From contig CAWAMB010000004.1 of the NCBI GenBank assembly GCA_963783055.1, positions 803,368-867,367 of the forward strand: 64,000 nucleotides of DNA, in the 5' to 3' direction. This stretch comes from an uncultured Chloroflexia bacterium (lineage in GTDB: Bacteria > Chloroflexota > Limnocylindria > Limnocylindrales > CSP1-4). Of this stretch, positions 39,661 to 50,166 are shown piece after piece (positions within the stretch are counted from its first letter, which is position 1; every line of letters starts with the position of its first letter). Made by a program: the position numbers and the translations under genes. The notes below the pieces were generated by a model. The model made no database searches. It saw nothing but the letters and a program-made list of their open reading frames with translations, and had not been told where the DNA came from.

Positions 39661-42600
39661 ATGAGGCGCGGTTCGGCGCGAACGACGCTCCGGCGGGCCA
39701 CCACCGCGCTCGTGGTCTCGCTGATCACAGCGCTGCCGGTCGCCCCGTCCGTTCTTGCCGGTCAAGCCTGGTCGACCTCCGCGGCCCCCACATCCCTCAC
39801 CCAGAATGTGTCCACCGATGTCCTTGTCACGGTTCGGAACACGTCCGGAAACAACGGCGGCGGGGAGGGGATCGGTTGCGTCACGATCCTCGTCCCAGCG
39901 GCCTACCGGGTCGACGCGGTGTCCATCGACAGCGTCGATGGCGGCCATTCCTGGCAGGTGGCCGTCGCGGGCTCGAGTCCTGCAGTCATCGGCGCACACG
40001 GCGTGGACGACAACAACCGGATTGTCGGGTCGCCAGACCTCGAGGCCGTCGTCATCCGGGTGACGGTCACCGGGCTCCAGCTTGGCAGTGCCGCGTGGAC
40101 CGCCGACGAGTACAACGACGCCGACTGCTCGGGTGACTTCAACCGGACCCAGTCGATCGCGATGTCCGTCGTGACTCCCCCCAACAGCGCTCCGTCCGCG
40201 ACCGACGACGCCGGCAGCGTGCGCCACGACCAGACGAAAACCGTCGCCGCCCCCGGCGTCCTGGGCAACGACACGGACCCGAACGCCGACCCGTTGACCG
40301 CCGCCGTGTCGAGTGGGCCTGCCCACGGTTCGCTCACGCTCGCCCCCGACGGTGGCTGGAGCTATACCCCTGATGCGGCCTATGTCGGCCCGGATTCCTT
40401 TACCTACCGCGCGTCCGACGGGAGCCTGACCTCGAACATCGCGACCGTCACGATCTCGGTCACGAACGCCGCGCCCGTCGGCGTCGTGGACTCGTACGCC
40501 GCGATCCACGGCCTGCCGATGAGCATTGGCGCGGGCGCAGGCGTGCTGCACAACGATTTGGACGGTGACGGCGATCCGCTCACGGCGGCGGTGGTGTCCG
40601 GTCCCGCGCACGGAACGCTCAGCGCGTTCGGCACGGACGGCTCGTTCACCTACGTGCCGGACCTGCTGTATCTCGGATCGGACAGCTTCACGTACGAGGT
40701 GTCCGACGGCCTCTCGACCGTCGGCCCGATCACCGTGACGCTCAATGTCTTCAACACCGCGCCGACGGCGACCGATGATGCGGGCTCCGTCGTCCACGAC
40801 GGGCTGCTCATCGAGCCGGCGGCGAGCGGAATTCTCGCGAACGACTCGGATGCCGATGGCGATCCGCTCACGGCGGTTCTCGTGGCGGACGCGACACACG
40901 GCACGCTCACCCTCGACCCGGACGGCGCGTACCAGTACGTACCCGACGCTGGCTATGTCGGCCCCGATCAATTCACGTATCGGGCCAGCGATGGTGTCGC
41001 CGCATCGTCGATCGCGACCGTGTCGCTGACGGTGTCCGACGTTGCGCCAGCTGCGGCCCCAGACAGCTACTCGGTCGTGCACGATCGCCATCTGTCGGTG
41101 GATGCGGGGACCGGCGTCCTGGCCAACGACGCGGACGCGGACGGCGATCCCGTGACGGCGGCGCTGGTGACGAGCACCGCTCACGGCCTCCTGGCGCTCG
41201 CCGCGGACGGCTCGTTCGACTACCTGCCGGATGCCGGTTGGACCGGCCTCGACACCTTCACCTATCGGGCCTCGTCACCGACGGCATCATCCTCGGTGAC
41301 GACGGTCTCGATCGATGTTACGAACAGCGCGCCAGCGGGGCTGCCGGACAGCTATGCCGTCCATACCGGCGCCACGCTCGTCGTCTCGGCAGCCGCCGGC
41401 GTCCTCGCCAACGACACCGACGCGGACGGTGATCCACTGAGCGCCGTGCTCCAAACCGGCGTGGTCCACGGCACCGTGACCCTGGGTGCCGACGGCAGCT
41501 TCACGTACACGTCGGACCCGGGGTGGGTCGGAACAGACACGCTCATGTACCTGCCGACCGACCCGATCGCTTCGGGCAGCCCGGTGACGGTGACGATCAC
41601 GATCACCGACGCGGCGCCCCAGGCAGTCGACGACAGCGCCACGGTCGTCCACGACCGGACCTTGTCGGCGCCCGCGTCCGGCGTCCTCGCGAATGACAGC
41701 GACTCCGACGGGGACGCGATCACGGCGATCCTCGACAGCGCTGCCGGACACGGGCTCGTCACGCTGAACAGCGACGGCTCGTGGACGTACGCCCCGGACG
41801 CGGGCTACGTCGGCCAGGACACCTTCACGTACCACGCGACCGACGGCGCGCTGGACAGCGCGTCCGCGACGGTGGTCATCGACGTGACGAACGCTGCGCC
41901 GGCCGTCAGCGATGACGCCGCAAACGGCTCCCACGACCGGACGATCGTCGTGCCGGCACCTGGGGTCCTCGCGAACGACACGGATGGCGACGGCGATGCC
42001 CTGTCGGCGACGATGACAACGCCACCAAGCCATGGGACCGTGACTCTCGCTCCGAACGGCGGATACACGTACCAGCCGGACCCGGGCTATGTGGGCACGG
42101 ATGCCTTCTCGTACATGGCCACCGACGGACCGACCACGACTCCGGGCTCCGTCACCGTCACGGTCACCAATGCCCTGCCCTCGGCCCAAGCCGACTCGTA
42201 TGTCATGGTGACAGGGTCGACCCTCACGGTTGCCGCTCCGGGCGTCCTCGTGAATGACACCGACGCCGATCACGACACGCTGACCGCGACCGTGGTCAGC
42301 AGCCCCGCCCACGGGACGGCGTCCATCGGGACCGGCGGCTCACTGGTGTACACGCCGGCCGCGGGGTTCACGGGCGTGGACCATCTGACCTATCTGGCAT
42401 CCGACGGAATCGGGTCTTCCGGGGTCGTGAGTGTGGCAGTCACGGTCGTCCCTCGGGCGCCGTCCCGTCCCGTCTCCGGCTCCGACGCCGACGCCGTCGC
42501 CGACTCCGGCGGCGACGGACAGCCCGACACCCGCTCCGTCGTCGTCCGGCGAGACGGCCGGCCCGAGCCCGGTCGCAACGCCGTCGGCGACGCCGGCGCC

Positions 42601-42964
42601 CTCGGCGGCGACGCCAAGCGGACCGGTCGCGGAGCCGTCGGCGCCGCTATCGTCCCCGTCGGCACCCGGGTCGGGCGACCGCTTCGTCGTCGGCGGCTCG
42701 TCATCCGGTCCGACGGCCAATCTTGGCGAGTCGCTGCTCGCGGCGAGCGTTTCGCTGGCTCTCGATGGGTTCGACTGGCAGATCCCCGGTCTCATGCTGT
42801 CCGTGCCGGGCCTCCTCGTGGTGCTGGCGATCACGCTCCAGGTCGGCGGTGGATTGGCCTGGCTACCGGTCATCCGGCGCAAGCTCGCGGGAGCCGGTGT
42901 CGCGCGGGACCGTGCTTCATCGGCGCGGACGGTTCGCGGCAGGCCGCGCACCCCCAAACGGTAG
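39661..42964 (+). pseudogene. Large secreted, C-terminally membrane-anchored adhesin-like protein with 8 tandem Ig/cadherin-like repeats; frame shift about 42455-42470
   Basis: Signal peptide MRRGSARTTLRRATTALVVSLITALPVAPSVLAG, a beta-sandwich-like N-domain, and 8 repeats (GVLANDTDADGDPLTA...HGT.TL..DGSFTY.PD.GY.G.DSFTY.A.DG). A Pro/Thr/Ser linker plus the TM anchor IPGLMLSVPGLLVVLAITLQVGGGLAWLPVIRRK follow in the +1 frame (ORF 42431..42964). Confidence 0.75.
40185..42450 (+). repeat. Eight tandem coding repeats of about 285 nt (about 95 aa) inside the adhesin gene
   Basis: Each unit starts with (A/T)AP..(D)D(S/A) and ends ...TV.(I/V).V(T/S)(N/D). The DNA copies have diverged, but the protein periodicity is clear. 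Confidence 0.8.
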
Positions 42965-43044
42965 AGGCGACGGTTCGCGGGAGGCTCACAGGCGCTCCGA
43001 CGCTCGCCCCCTGTTCGACCCGACGGCCGTTAGCATGTGACGAC

Positions 43045-44085
43045 ATGCCCCGTCCGATGCTCCCCGCCGACGACCTCTACGCCCGGCTCGAGCTGCCCCT
43101 CGGAGCCTCGTTCGAGGCGATCGAGATCGCCTGGCGAGCGCTCCTCAAGCAGCATCATCCGGACGTTGCCGGGCCGACGGCCGGCGAGCTCGCGAAACGG
43201 ATCAACGTCGCCCATGACTGGCTGTCCGATCCGGAGCTTCGGGCTCGATACGATCGCGAGCGACATCCGCGGCGCTCGGCCTCAGTCACGAGGGGACCGG
43301 GAACATCGGCGACTTTTGGAGGCCGCCACCGTTCGACCGTTCGCGCCGCGAGCCCGGTTCGACGCCCCGTGGAGCCGGCCGAGGCGATCGCCCGCCACAT
43401 CGACCGGGTCCGGCGACTGAGCGAGGACGAGCTCGACCGGCTGTCGCTCGCCGAGACCGCCCCGATCGCGTTCATTGCCACGATCTCGCGGTTCCTGCCG
43501 AAGGATCGCCAGGACGCGCTCAAGGCCCTCGAGCCGATGATCCAGGAGGCGCTGCCGCGCCGCGCCCGCTGGGATCCGGCGACCCGCGACGCCGCGGTCG
43601 GGTTCGCCCAGGACATCCTCCTCGGGCCGTTCCTCGACGAGCACCTCTCGGGCTCGTTCCGCGACCGCGTCCAGGAGCGGTTGACGCGGGGCTGGCAGGC
43701 GGCGGTCGATCAGCCACGGTACGGCCCGAATACGGCCGCGGTCACGGACGCGTTGCGCCGGCTGGCGGACCTGCCGCCAGGGGAGCGGTCGCGCATCGCC
43801 GCCTCCTCGCCGCGAACCGGTGTGCCCGCCGAGCATCCCTGGCCGCGTGGCCTGTCGCCGACCGACGACGACGGGCTGCGCGTCTCGTCGGCCCTCGCCC
43901 AGCGCGATGCGCTCGCGCTTCTGCCCGAGCCGGTCCCCGCCTACGCCCGTCGCTCGCTCGGACGGGCGATGCACGCGCTCGTCCTCCGTCACGGCTTCAA
44001 GCGCTCCGAGCTGGAGCGGCTGGCCGGCGTGTGGGCGCCGATCGTGGCCCCCGCCGAGGCGACGCCGGGGGCCCGCCGCCGCTGA
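43045..44085 (+). CDS. J-domain protein with uncharacterised helical C-terminal domain
   Basis: DLYARLELPLGASFEAIEIAWRALLKQHHPDVAG...RINVAHDWLSDPELRARYDRE (HPD motif). ATG at 43045. It lies in the same stop-free frame as the track ORF 39661..44085, but it is a separate gene. Confidence 0.7.
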   Translation: MPRPMLPADDLYARLELPLGASFEAIEIAWRALLKQHHPDVAGPTAGELAKRINVAHDWLSDPELRARYDRERHPRRSASVTRGPGTSATFGGRHRSTVRAASPVRRPVEPAEAIARHIDRVRRLSEDELDRLSLAETAPIAFIATISRFLPKDRQDALKALEPMIQEALPRRARWDPATRDAAVGFAQDILLGPFLDEHLSGSFRDRVQERLTRGWQAAVDQPRYGPNTAAVTDALRRLADLPPGERSRIAASSPRTGVPAEHPWPRGLSPTDDDGLRVSSALAQRDALALLPEPVPAYARRSLGRAMHALVLRHGFKRSELERLAGVWAPIVAPAEATPGARRR

Positions 44086-44459
44086 CCCGAGCGTCAAAAG
44101 GCGCTCATACGACAGCCTCGCTGACCTTGTCCACCGCGCGAGCTCGGTTGGCGATCAATTTCCGATCCCACGCTGCCGCGGCTGTCATCTGAGCGTGAAT
44201 CGGCCATGGAGAAGGCGCTCGACCTGCCGCAGGGCGGCTTGGCTGTCGTATGAGAACAACGGGGCGCGCCGATGCGCGCCGAGCCCGAAGCGGACAGATG
44301 TTCGACAGGAGCCGCCCTGATCGGCTAGGCTTGCTGCACGTGTTCGATGGGCGCTCCGGTCAGCGCCCCGGTCCCTGAAACCGACGATCCCGAATCACAC
44401 CGTGCCCTGACCGGGCCCCGCTTCATGCGGGAGGGCCCCCGTCAGGAGTCACTTCTCCC

Positions 44460-46210
44460 ATGTCCTTCGATGCCCTCGGGCTGACCCCCGAGCTCCTCCG
44501 CGCCGTCGCGGACCAGGGCTACACCGAGCCCACCCCCGTCCAGCGCGAGTCGATCCCCGCGATCCTCGCCGGGCGCGACATCCTCGCCGGCGCCCAGACC
44601 GGCACCGGCAAGACCGCCGCGTTCGTCCTGCCGATGCTCCAGCTCCTCAACGCCGAGCGAACACCCGGCTGGAAGTCCAACGGCGCTCCGGAGCCCGGCC
44701 GCGACCACCGCAACCAACAGGACCCGCGTGGTGCCGCCCACTCACCGGTCCGCGCCCTCGTCCTCACGCCGACCCGCGAGCTCGCGCTCCAGGTCGAGGA
44801 GAGCGTCCGGACCTACGGCGCCCATCGCCGGATCCGCTCCGTCGCGATCTACGGCGGCGTCGGCTACGAGCCCCAGAACCGTGCCCTGCGCGCCGGGCCC
44901 GGGATCGTCGTGGCGACGCCCGGCCGCCTCCTCGACCACATCGAGCAGCGCCACATCGACCTGTCCCGGCTCGAGTTCCTCGTCCTCGACGAGGCCGACC
45001 GGATGCTCGACATGGGCTTCATCCGCGACATCCGCAAGGTGATCGCGCTGCTCCCGGTCAACCGCCAGAACCTGCTGTTCTCGGCCACCTTCTCCGACGA
45101 GATCCGGCACCTCGCCGGCGGCATCCTGCGCGATCCCGTCATGGTCCAGGTCACGCCGAGCAACTCCGCGGTCGAGCTGGTCACCCAGATCGTCCACCCG
45201 GTCGACCGCGAGCGCAAGCGCGAGCTCCTCTCGGAACTGATCCGAAGCGGCCGGATCGAGCAGGCGCTCGTCTTCACCCGCACCAAGCACGGCGCCAACC
45301 GCCTCGCCGAGCAGCTCGGCCGGGACGGGATCAACGCCGCCGCGATCCACGGCAACAAGAGCCAGGGCCAGCGCGTCCGGGCGCTCGACGACTTCAAGGC
45401 CGGTCGCGCCAACATCCTCGTCGCCACCGAGGTCGCCTCGCGCGGGCTCGACATCGAGGACCTGCCCCACGTCGTGAACTACGAGCTGCCGATGGTCCCC
45501 GAGGACTACGTCCACCGGATCGGCCGGACCGGCCGAGCCGAGAAGACCGGCGATGCGATCTCGCTCGTCTGCGTCGACGAGGCGCCGCTCCTGCGCGAGA
45601 TCGAGCGCCTGCTCGGCCGATCGATCCCGACCGAGATGATCCCGGGCTTCGAGCCCGATCGCTCGATCCGGGCGGAGCCGATCCGCCAGCGGTCGGCCGG
45701 TCCGCGGTTCGCGAATCCGTCCCGCGGCGTCGGCCCGCGCGCGATCCCGTCCGGGCAGCGCGGCGGAGCATCCGCCCATCGCGACCGCGGCCCGATCCGT
45801 CACCCCGCAGCGGTCGGCGTCGATCGCAGCCAGGGCCCGCGCCGCGACGGTCCTCGACCGGGCGCTCCGGGCTCGGACATCAATCGCGGTGGCGGCATCC
45901 CCGGCCCGCGCCGACGCTCGAACAACAACGGCGGCCCGCGACCGGGCCAGAGCGGCCCGCGCCGCCCGGCTCCGGCCGGGAGCGGCATCGGCAACGGTCA
46001 GGGCTCGCGTCAGGGCTGGGCCGGTGGCGGCGAGCGGATGGACCGCAACGGCGACCCACGCGGACGCGGCGATCGTCCGCGCGACGACCGCGGCCGCGGA
46101 CCCGGCGGCTCATTCCGGCAACGGCCAGGGCCGACCGCAGGGTCCCGGTCCCGCGCAGCTTCCAGGCACTCCCCGGCGAGCGACTCGCCCGCGCGGAGCG
46201 GCGCGACTAG
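44460..46210 (+). CDS. DEAD-box ATP-dependent RNA helicase (RhlE-like) with Arg/Gly-rich tail; 3' end uncertain
   Basis: Q motif [36 protein letters not shown] and HRIGRTGR. The annotated frame has no stop until 47504. A neighbouring frame with higher GC3 over the last ~100 nt ends at TAG 46208-46210 (...[17 protein letters not shown]). Confidence 0.85.
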
Positions 46211-46277
46211 AGGTTCGACCGGACAACCGACCGTCCCGCCATGGCAGGCTCCGGCGGTGACCGCGTCGGATGATCCA

Positions 46278-47196
46278 ATGGACCCGCTCGTCGTCGTCGG
46301 CGTGCCGACGGCGCTCGGTGGACATCTCGCCGGCATGGAGCAGGCGCCGGCGACGATGCGTCGGCTGGGCTTGCTCGACGCGCTGCGCGACCGGCCGGGA
46401 TTGGCCGGCGCCGACGTGCTCGACGCCGGTGACCTCACGATCGAGCCGGGGTTCCGGGAGGACGACGATCCGCGCGCCAAGAATCGTGCCCTGATCGCGG
46501 AATTCCTGCCCCGTGAGCGCGACCTCGTGGCGAGCTCGCTGGCGGCTGCCGGTCCACGCAGCCGCATCCTGATCCTCGGTGGCGACTGCACAGCGCATGC
46601 AGGTGCGCTGGCCGGCCTTCGCCGCGCCCGGCCCGACGCCACCATCGCGATCGCCTGGTTCGACGCCCACGGCGACTTCAACACGCCCGACACGACGCCG
46701 TCCGGCAACGTGTGGGGCATGCCGTTCGCGATGCTGCTGGGCCGCGGCGACGACGACCTCGTCGACGCCGCCGATGGTCCGACCGTTGCCGAGGAGCACG
46801 CAGCTCTGTTTGGTGGGCAGGTCCTCGACGAGACCGAGTCGCGCATGCTCGCGGCGTCGAAGGTCGCATTCTTCGGGGCCGGCATGCTCGCAACGGACGC
46901 CGGAATGGCCGCGCTCGCGGGGTGGGCCGGCGCGGTCGCCGAACAGGTCGACGGCATCTACGTCGCGGTCGATCACGATGTCCTGGACGGCGCCGGGAAC
47001 TGGTCCGTCCAGATGCCGGAGCCGGACGGCCTCTCGGTCGAGACAACGGCTCGGGCGATCCGAACGATGGCAGCGGCCATCCCCGTCGTCGGGTTCGGCG
47101 CGACCGGGCTGAACTTCACGGGCGCCGGCGACGGACCGAAGACCATCGACGCCGTCGCCGACGCTCGCGGAGGCCGCACTCGAACGACGAACCTGA
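46278..47196 (+). CDS. Arginase/agmatinase/formiminoglutamase family protein (variant GGDC motif); probable 1-nt shift near 47160
   Basis: [15 protein letters not shown]..., [24 protein letters not shown] and [11 protein letters not shown] natural-looking C-terminus ...[14 protein letters not shown] appears in the +1 frame and ends at TGA 47194-47196. Confidence 0.75.
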
Positions 47197-47231
47197 CGTC
47201 GTTGTCGACTGGAGACCTCTACTCTTTCGCC

Positions 47232-47504
47232 ATGTTCGGTCGGCGTCGCATCGAGCACTACGTCTCCTTCGATCCGACGGAGGATGTCGAGCGACTGCGC
47301 CGGATCATGGAACGGGATGGTTTCGGCTTCGATACGAGGCACATGCCCAAGCGCACGGTCGCCACGATCTCGCACCTGGCGTCACCGTCGCCGTGGTACG
47401 GCTGGCGGATGGCGCGGAAGTGGACCCGTCTCGCGGCGAACCTGAAGGACGGGCATTACGACGGCTGGGGAACCGCCATCGAGGAGGACCACCGTGGACC
47501 ATGA
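47232..47504 (+). CDS. RraB-like (regulator of ribonuclease activity B family) small protein
   Basis: [34 protein letters not shown]...[15 protein letters not shown]. The C-terminal YDGWGT motif and the overall layout resemble E. coli RraB (..VEYDGWGTYFE). Confidence 0.6.
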   Translation: MFGRRRIEHYVSFDPTEDVERLRRIMERDGFGFDTRHMPKRTVATISHLASPSPWYGWRMARKWTRLAANLKDGHYDGWGTAIEEDHRGP

Positions 47505-47907
47505 CGACGCGCTGCGGATGATCCAGGAGGTCACGGCGGCGTTCGATCGCCACGACCTCGACGGCATCCTCCGCCACTTTGCCGACGACGCCGTCTTCGA
47601 GGGCCCCCGCGGCAAAGAGCCGTGGGGGAGTCGCTTCGTCGGAAAGGACGCGATCCGCGAGGCATTCGCCGGCCGGTTCGCGGGCATCCCCGACATCCGC
47701 TACCAGGACGACGCCCACTTCGTCGACGGCGACCGCGGATCGTCGGAGTGGACGCTGTCGGGCACGTCGACCACCGGCGAGCGGATCGAGGTCCGGGGCT
47801 GCGACCTGTGGACGTTCCGCGACGGCCAGATCGTGAAGAAGGACTCGTTCTGGAAGATTTCGAACGACGGACTAGAGCCCGCGTCGCCGATTGCGACAGA
47901 ACGGTGA
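47494..47907 (+). CDS. SnoaL-like / NTF2 family protein
   Basis: [31 protein letters not shown]...[21 protein letters not shown]. Confidence 0.75.
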   Translation: MDHDDALRMIQEVTAAFDRHDLDGILRHFADDAVFEGPRGKEPWGSRFVGKDAIREAFAGRFAGIPDIRYQDDAHFVDGDRGSSEWTLSGTSTTGERIEVRGCDLWTFRDGQIVKKDSFWKISNDGLEPASPIATER

Positions 47908-48003
47908 CCGGCCGAGCCGCCCGACCGCCTTGCGGGGCCTCGAACGGGCGCTATCCTCGGGCCGAGCCTGATCGCACGATCGGGAGCTGACCGAGGAGGG
48001 GCC

Positions 48004-48684
48004 TTGGACGCCCGGATCCTGCTCGTCGAGGATGACCCGTCGATCCGCGAGGTGACCGCGATCGGTCTCGGCGCGGCCGGCTTCGACGTGACGACCGCGG
48101 CCGACGGCGTCGAGGGGCTCGACCGCTTCCGGGCCGACCCATTCGACCTGGTTCTGCTCGACATCATGCTGCCGCGGATGGACGGCTACGAGGTCTGCCG
48201 CCAGATCCGCCGCACGTCGACCGTCCCGGTCGTGATGCTGACCGCGCGGGGCGACACGATGGACGTCGTCGTCGGGCTCGAGGCCGGCGCCGACGATTAC
48301 GTCCGCAAGCCCTTCGACCTGCCCGAGCTGATCGCCCGGATCCGGGCCGCCCTGCGCCGGGCCGGCGCCGGCGCGGAGGAGGCCCCGGAGCTCCAGATCG
48401 GCAGCCTCGTCATCGACACGGCGGGCCGGACGGTCGCCCGCGACGGCACGGACACGCCGCTCACGCGCACGGAGTTCGACCTGCTCACCGAGCTCGTCCG
48501 GCACGCCGGCCAGGTCCTGTCGCGCGACGTCCTGCTCGATCGCGTCTGGGGCTACGACTACCTCGGCGACTCGCGCCTCGTCGACGTCGCGATCCAGCGT
48601 CTGCGCGCCAAGATCGAGGCCGACCCGGCCAACCCCGAGCTGATCCAGACGGTTCGCGGCGCCGGCTACAAGGCCGTCCGCTGA
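48004..48684 (+). CDS. mtrA: OmpR-family response regulator, MtrA-like
   Basis: ILLVEDDPSIRE...LVLLDIMLPRMDGYEVCRQIR...MLTARGDTMDVVVGLEAGADDYVRKPF. It is followed by a kinase and a lipoprotein, as in mtrAB-lpqB. Confidence 0.8.
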   Translation: MDARILLVEDDPSIREVTAIGLGAAGFDVTTAADGVEGLDRFRADPFDLVLLDIMLPRMDGYEVCRQIRRTSTVPVVMLTARGDTMDVVVGLEAGADDYVRKPFDLPELIARIRAALRRAGAGAEEAPELQIGSLVIDTAGRTVARDGTDTPLTRTEFDLLTELVRHAGQVLSRDVLLDRVWGYDYLGDSRLVDVAIQRLRAKIEADPANPELIQTVRGAGYKAVR

Positions 48685-48706
48685 TCCGCAGACGACCGGC
48701 CGCCTG

Positions 48707-50141
48707 ATGTTCCGCGGCGTTCGCGCCCGCCTCACCGCGACGATCGTCTTCCTCGTGGTCCTGACCGCGATCGTGCTCGGCGTGGCCGCCTATGTCTTCG
48801 TCGACACCCGGCTCCACCAGCAGGCCCTCGCCGACGCTCGCGACCAGGCCCGGTTCGACCTGTCGGTCCTGACGCCGACGCGCCTCGAGCACCCCACCGA
48901 CCGAGGAGGAGCTCGCTGCCTTCGCCACGTCGTTCCAGGGCCGCCAGCTCGAGACGGTCGTCGTGCCCGACGGCGGCGAGCCCTTCGTCTCGACCGCCCG
49001 CCTCGAGGGCGCCCTCGCGACGATCCCGGCGCCCGTCCGCGAGTTCGTCGCCCAGGGCCAGATCGCCTTCTCCTGGCAGACCGTCGACGGCCGTCCGACG
49101 CTCGTGATCGGCGGCCGGTCCGGCGGCACTGGACCCGAGATCTACTTCTTCCGGAACGTTGCCCCGATCGAGCAGGCGCTCGACCAGCTCCGGCTGGCCC
49201 TCGCCGTGGGCGCCCTGGTCGCGGTCCTCGTGGCGGTCATCGCCTCGCGCGTCGTGGCCCGCGGCGTGCTCGCCCCGGTCGGCGAGGCGAGCATCGCGGC
49301 GCAGCGGCTCGAGGCCGGCGACCTGTCGGCCCGGGTGCCGGTCACCTCGTCGGACGAGTTCGGCCAGTGGGCCGATCGGTTCAACCGGATGGCGGACTCG
49401 CTCGAGGACACGATCCTTCGTCTCGAGGCGGCCCAGACCCAGAACCGGCGTTTCGTCGCCGACGTCGCCCACGAGCTGCGGACGCCGGTCTCGGCGCTCG
49501 TCGCCGAGGCCTCGCTCCTGGGCGGCCATCTCGACGCCCTGCCGCCCGAGGCCCGCCGGACCGGCGAGCTCGTCGTCCACGACATCGCCCGGCTGCGGGT
49601 CCTCGTCGAGGAGCTCATGGAGCTGTCGCGGTTCGACGCCGCGGGGGAGGAGGTCCGCCTCCAGCCGATCGATCTCGGACGGCTGATCCGCGACGTGGCG
49701 GCGGCCCGCCTGCGCGATGCCGTCCTCGAGCTGCCCGACGACCGGATCGTCATCGACAGCGACCCGCGCCGGCTCGAGCGGATCGTCGGCAACCTCCTCG
49801 ACAACGCCCGCGAGCACGCTCCCGGCGCGCTCGTCGTCGTCCATCTCGAGACGACGATCGACGAGGTCGCGATCTCCGTCCGGGATCGCGGACCCGGCGT
49901 CCCACCGGACCGGCTCGGCCGGATCTTCGAGCGCTTCTACATGGCCGACCCGAGCCGGCGCGGCGGGAGCGGCCTCGGCCTGGCGATCGCCGCGGAGCAC
50001 GCGACGCTCCTCGGCGGACGCATCCGGGCGCGGAACCGCGAGGGCGGCGGACTCGACATCGAGCTCCGCCTGCCCGTGACTCAACCGTTACTCCACGGCG
50101 ATCCGGCGGAGAACCGCCCCAGCGACGCTGATGGCCGATGA
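48707..50141 (+). pseudogene. mtrB: Sensor histidine kinase, MtrB-like; frame shift about 48890-48902
   Basis: The N-terminal TM region MFRGVRARLTATIVFLVVLTAIVLGVAAYVFV...LSVLTPTRLEHPT is in ORF 48707. The continuation EEELAAFATSFQGRQLETVVVPDGGEPF..., a HAMP domain, the H-box VADVAHELRTP, the N-box NLLDNAREHA, and the motifs RDRGPGV and GSGLGLAI are in the +1 frame (ORF 48963..50141). The shift falls at a C4 run. Confidence 0.8.
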
Positions 50142-50166
50142 TCCGCAATCAATCGGAGGGCTCGAC

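Noticed and set aside
35808-41184. Long minus-strand ORFs antisense to real genes: 35808..38045 (745 aa), 38115..39728 (537 aa) and 39229..41184 (651 aa).
   Set aside because: They are antisense to proS, the GGDEF/HD-GYP gene and the adhesin. They have low-complexity Arg/Gly/Asp composition and no domain signatures.
40185-42450. Periodic DNA that might be taken for a CRISPR array or a non-coding tandem repeat.
   Set aside because: The period is ~285 nt with diverged copies and a continuous open frame encoding Ig-like domains. There is no short direct-repeat/spacer organisation and there are no cas genes.
39661-44085. Single 1474-aa protein combining the adhesin repeats and a J-domain.
   Set aside because: After the eighth repeat the frame turns into Arg/Gly-rich nonsense. 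The +1 frame over the same stretch gives a Pro/Thr stalk plus a TM anchor ending at 42964. The J-protein has its own ATG at 43045.
44090-44330. Possible toxin-antitoxin or small-gene remnant in the GC-poorer spacer (fragments such as ...ALRQVERLLHGRFTLR* and MTAAAAWDRKLIANRARAVDKVSEAVV* on the minus strand).
   Set aside because: The fragments lack start codons or an RBS and are split over different frames. I could match them to no family with confidence. The region is reported only as a structured leader or repeat candidate.
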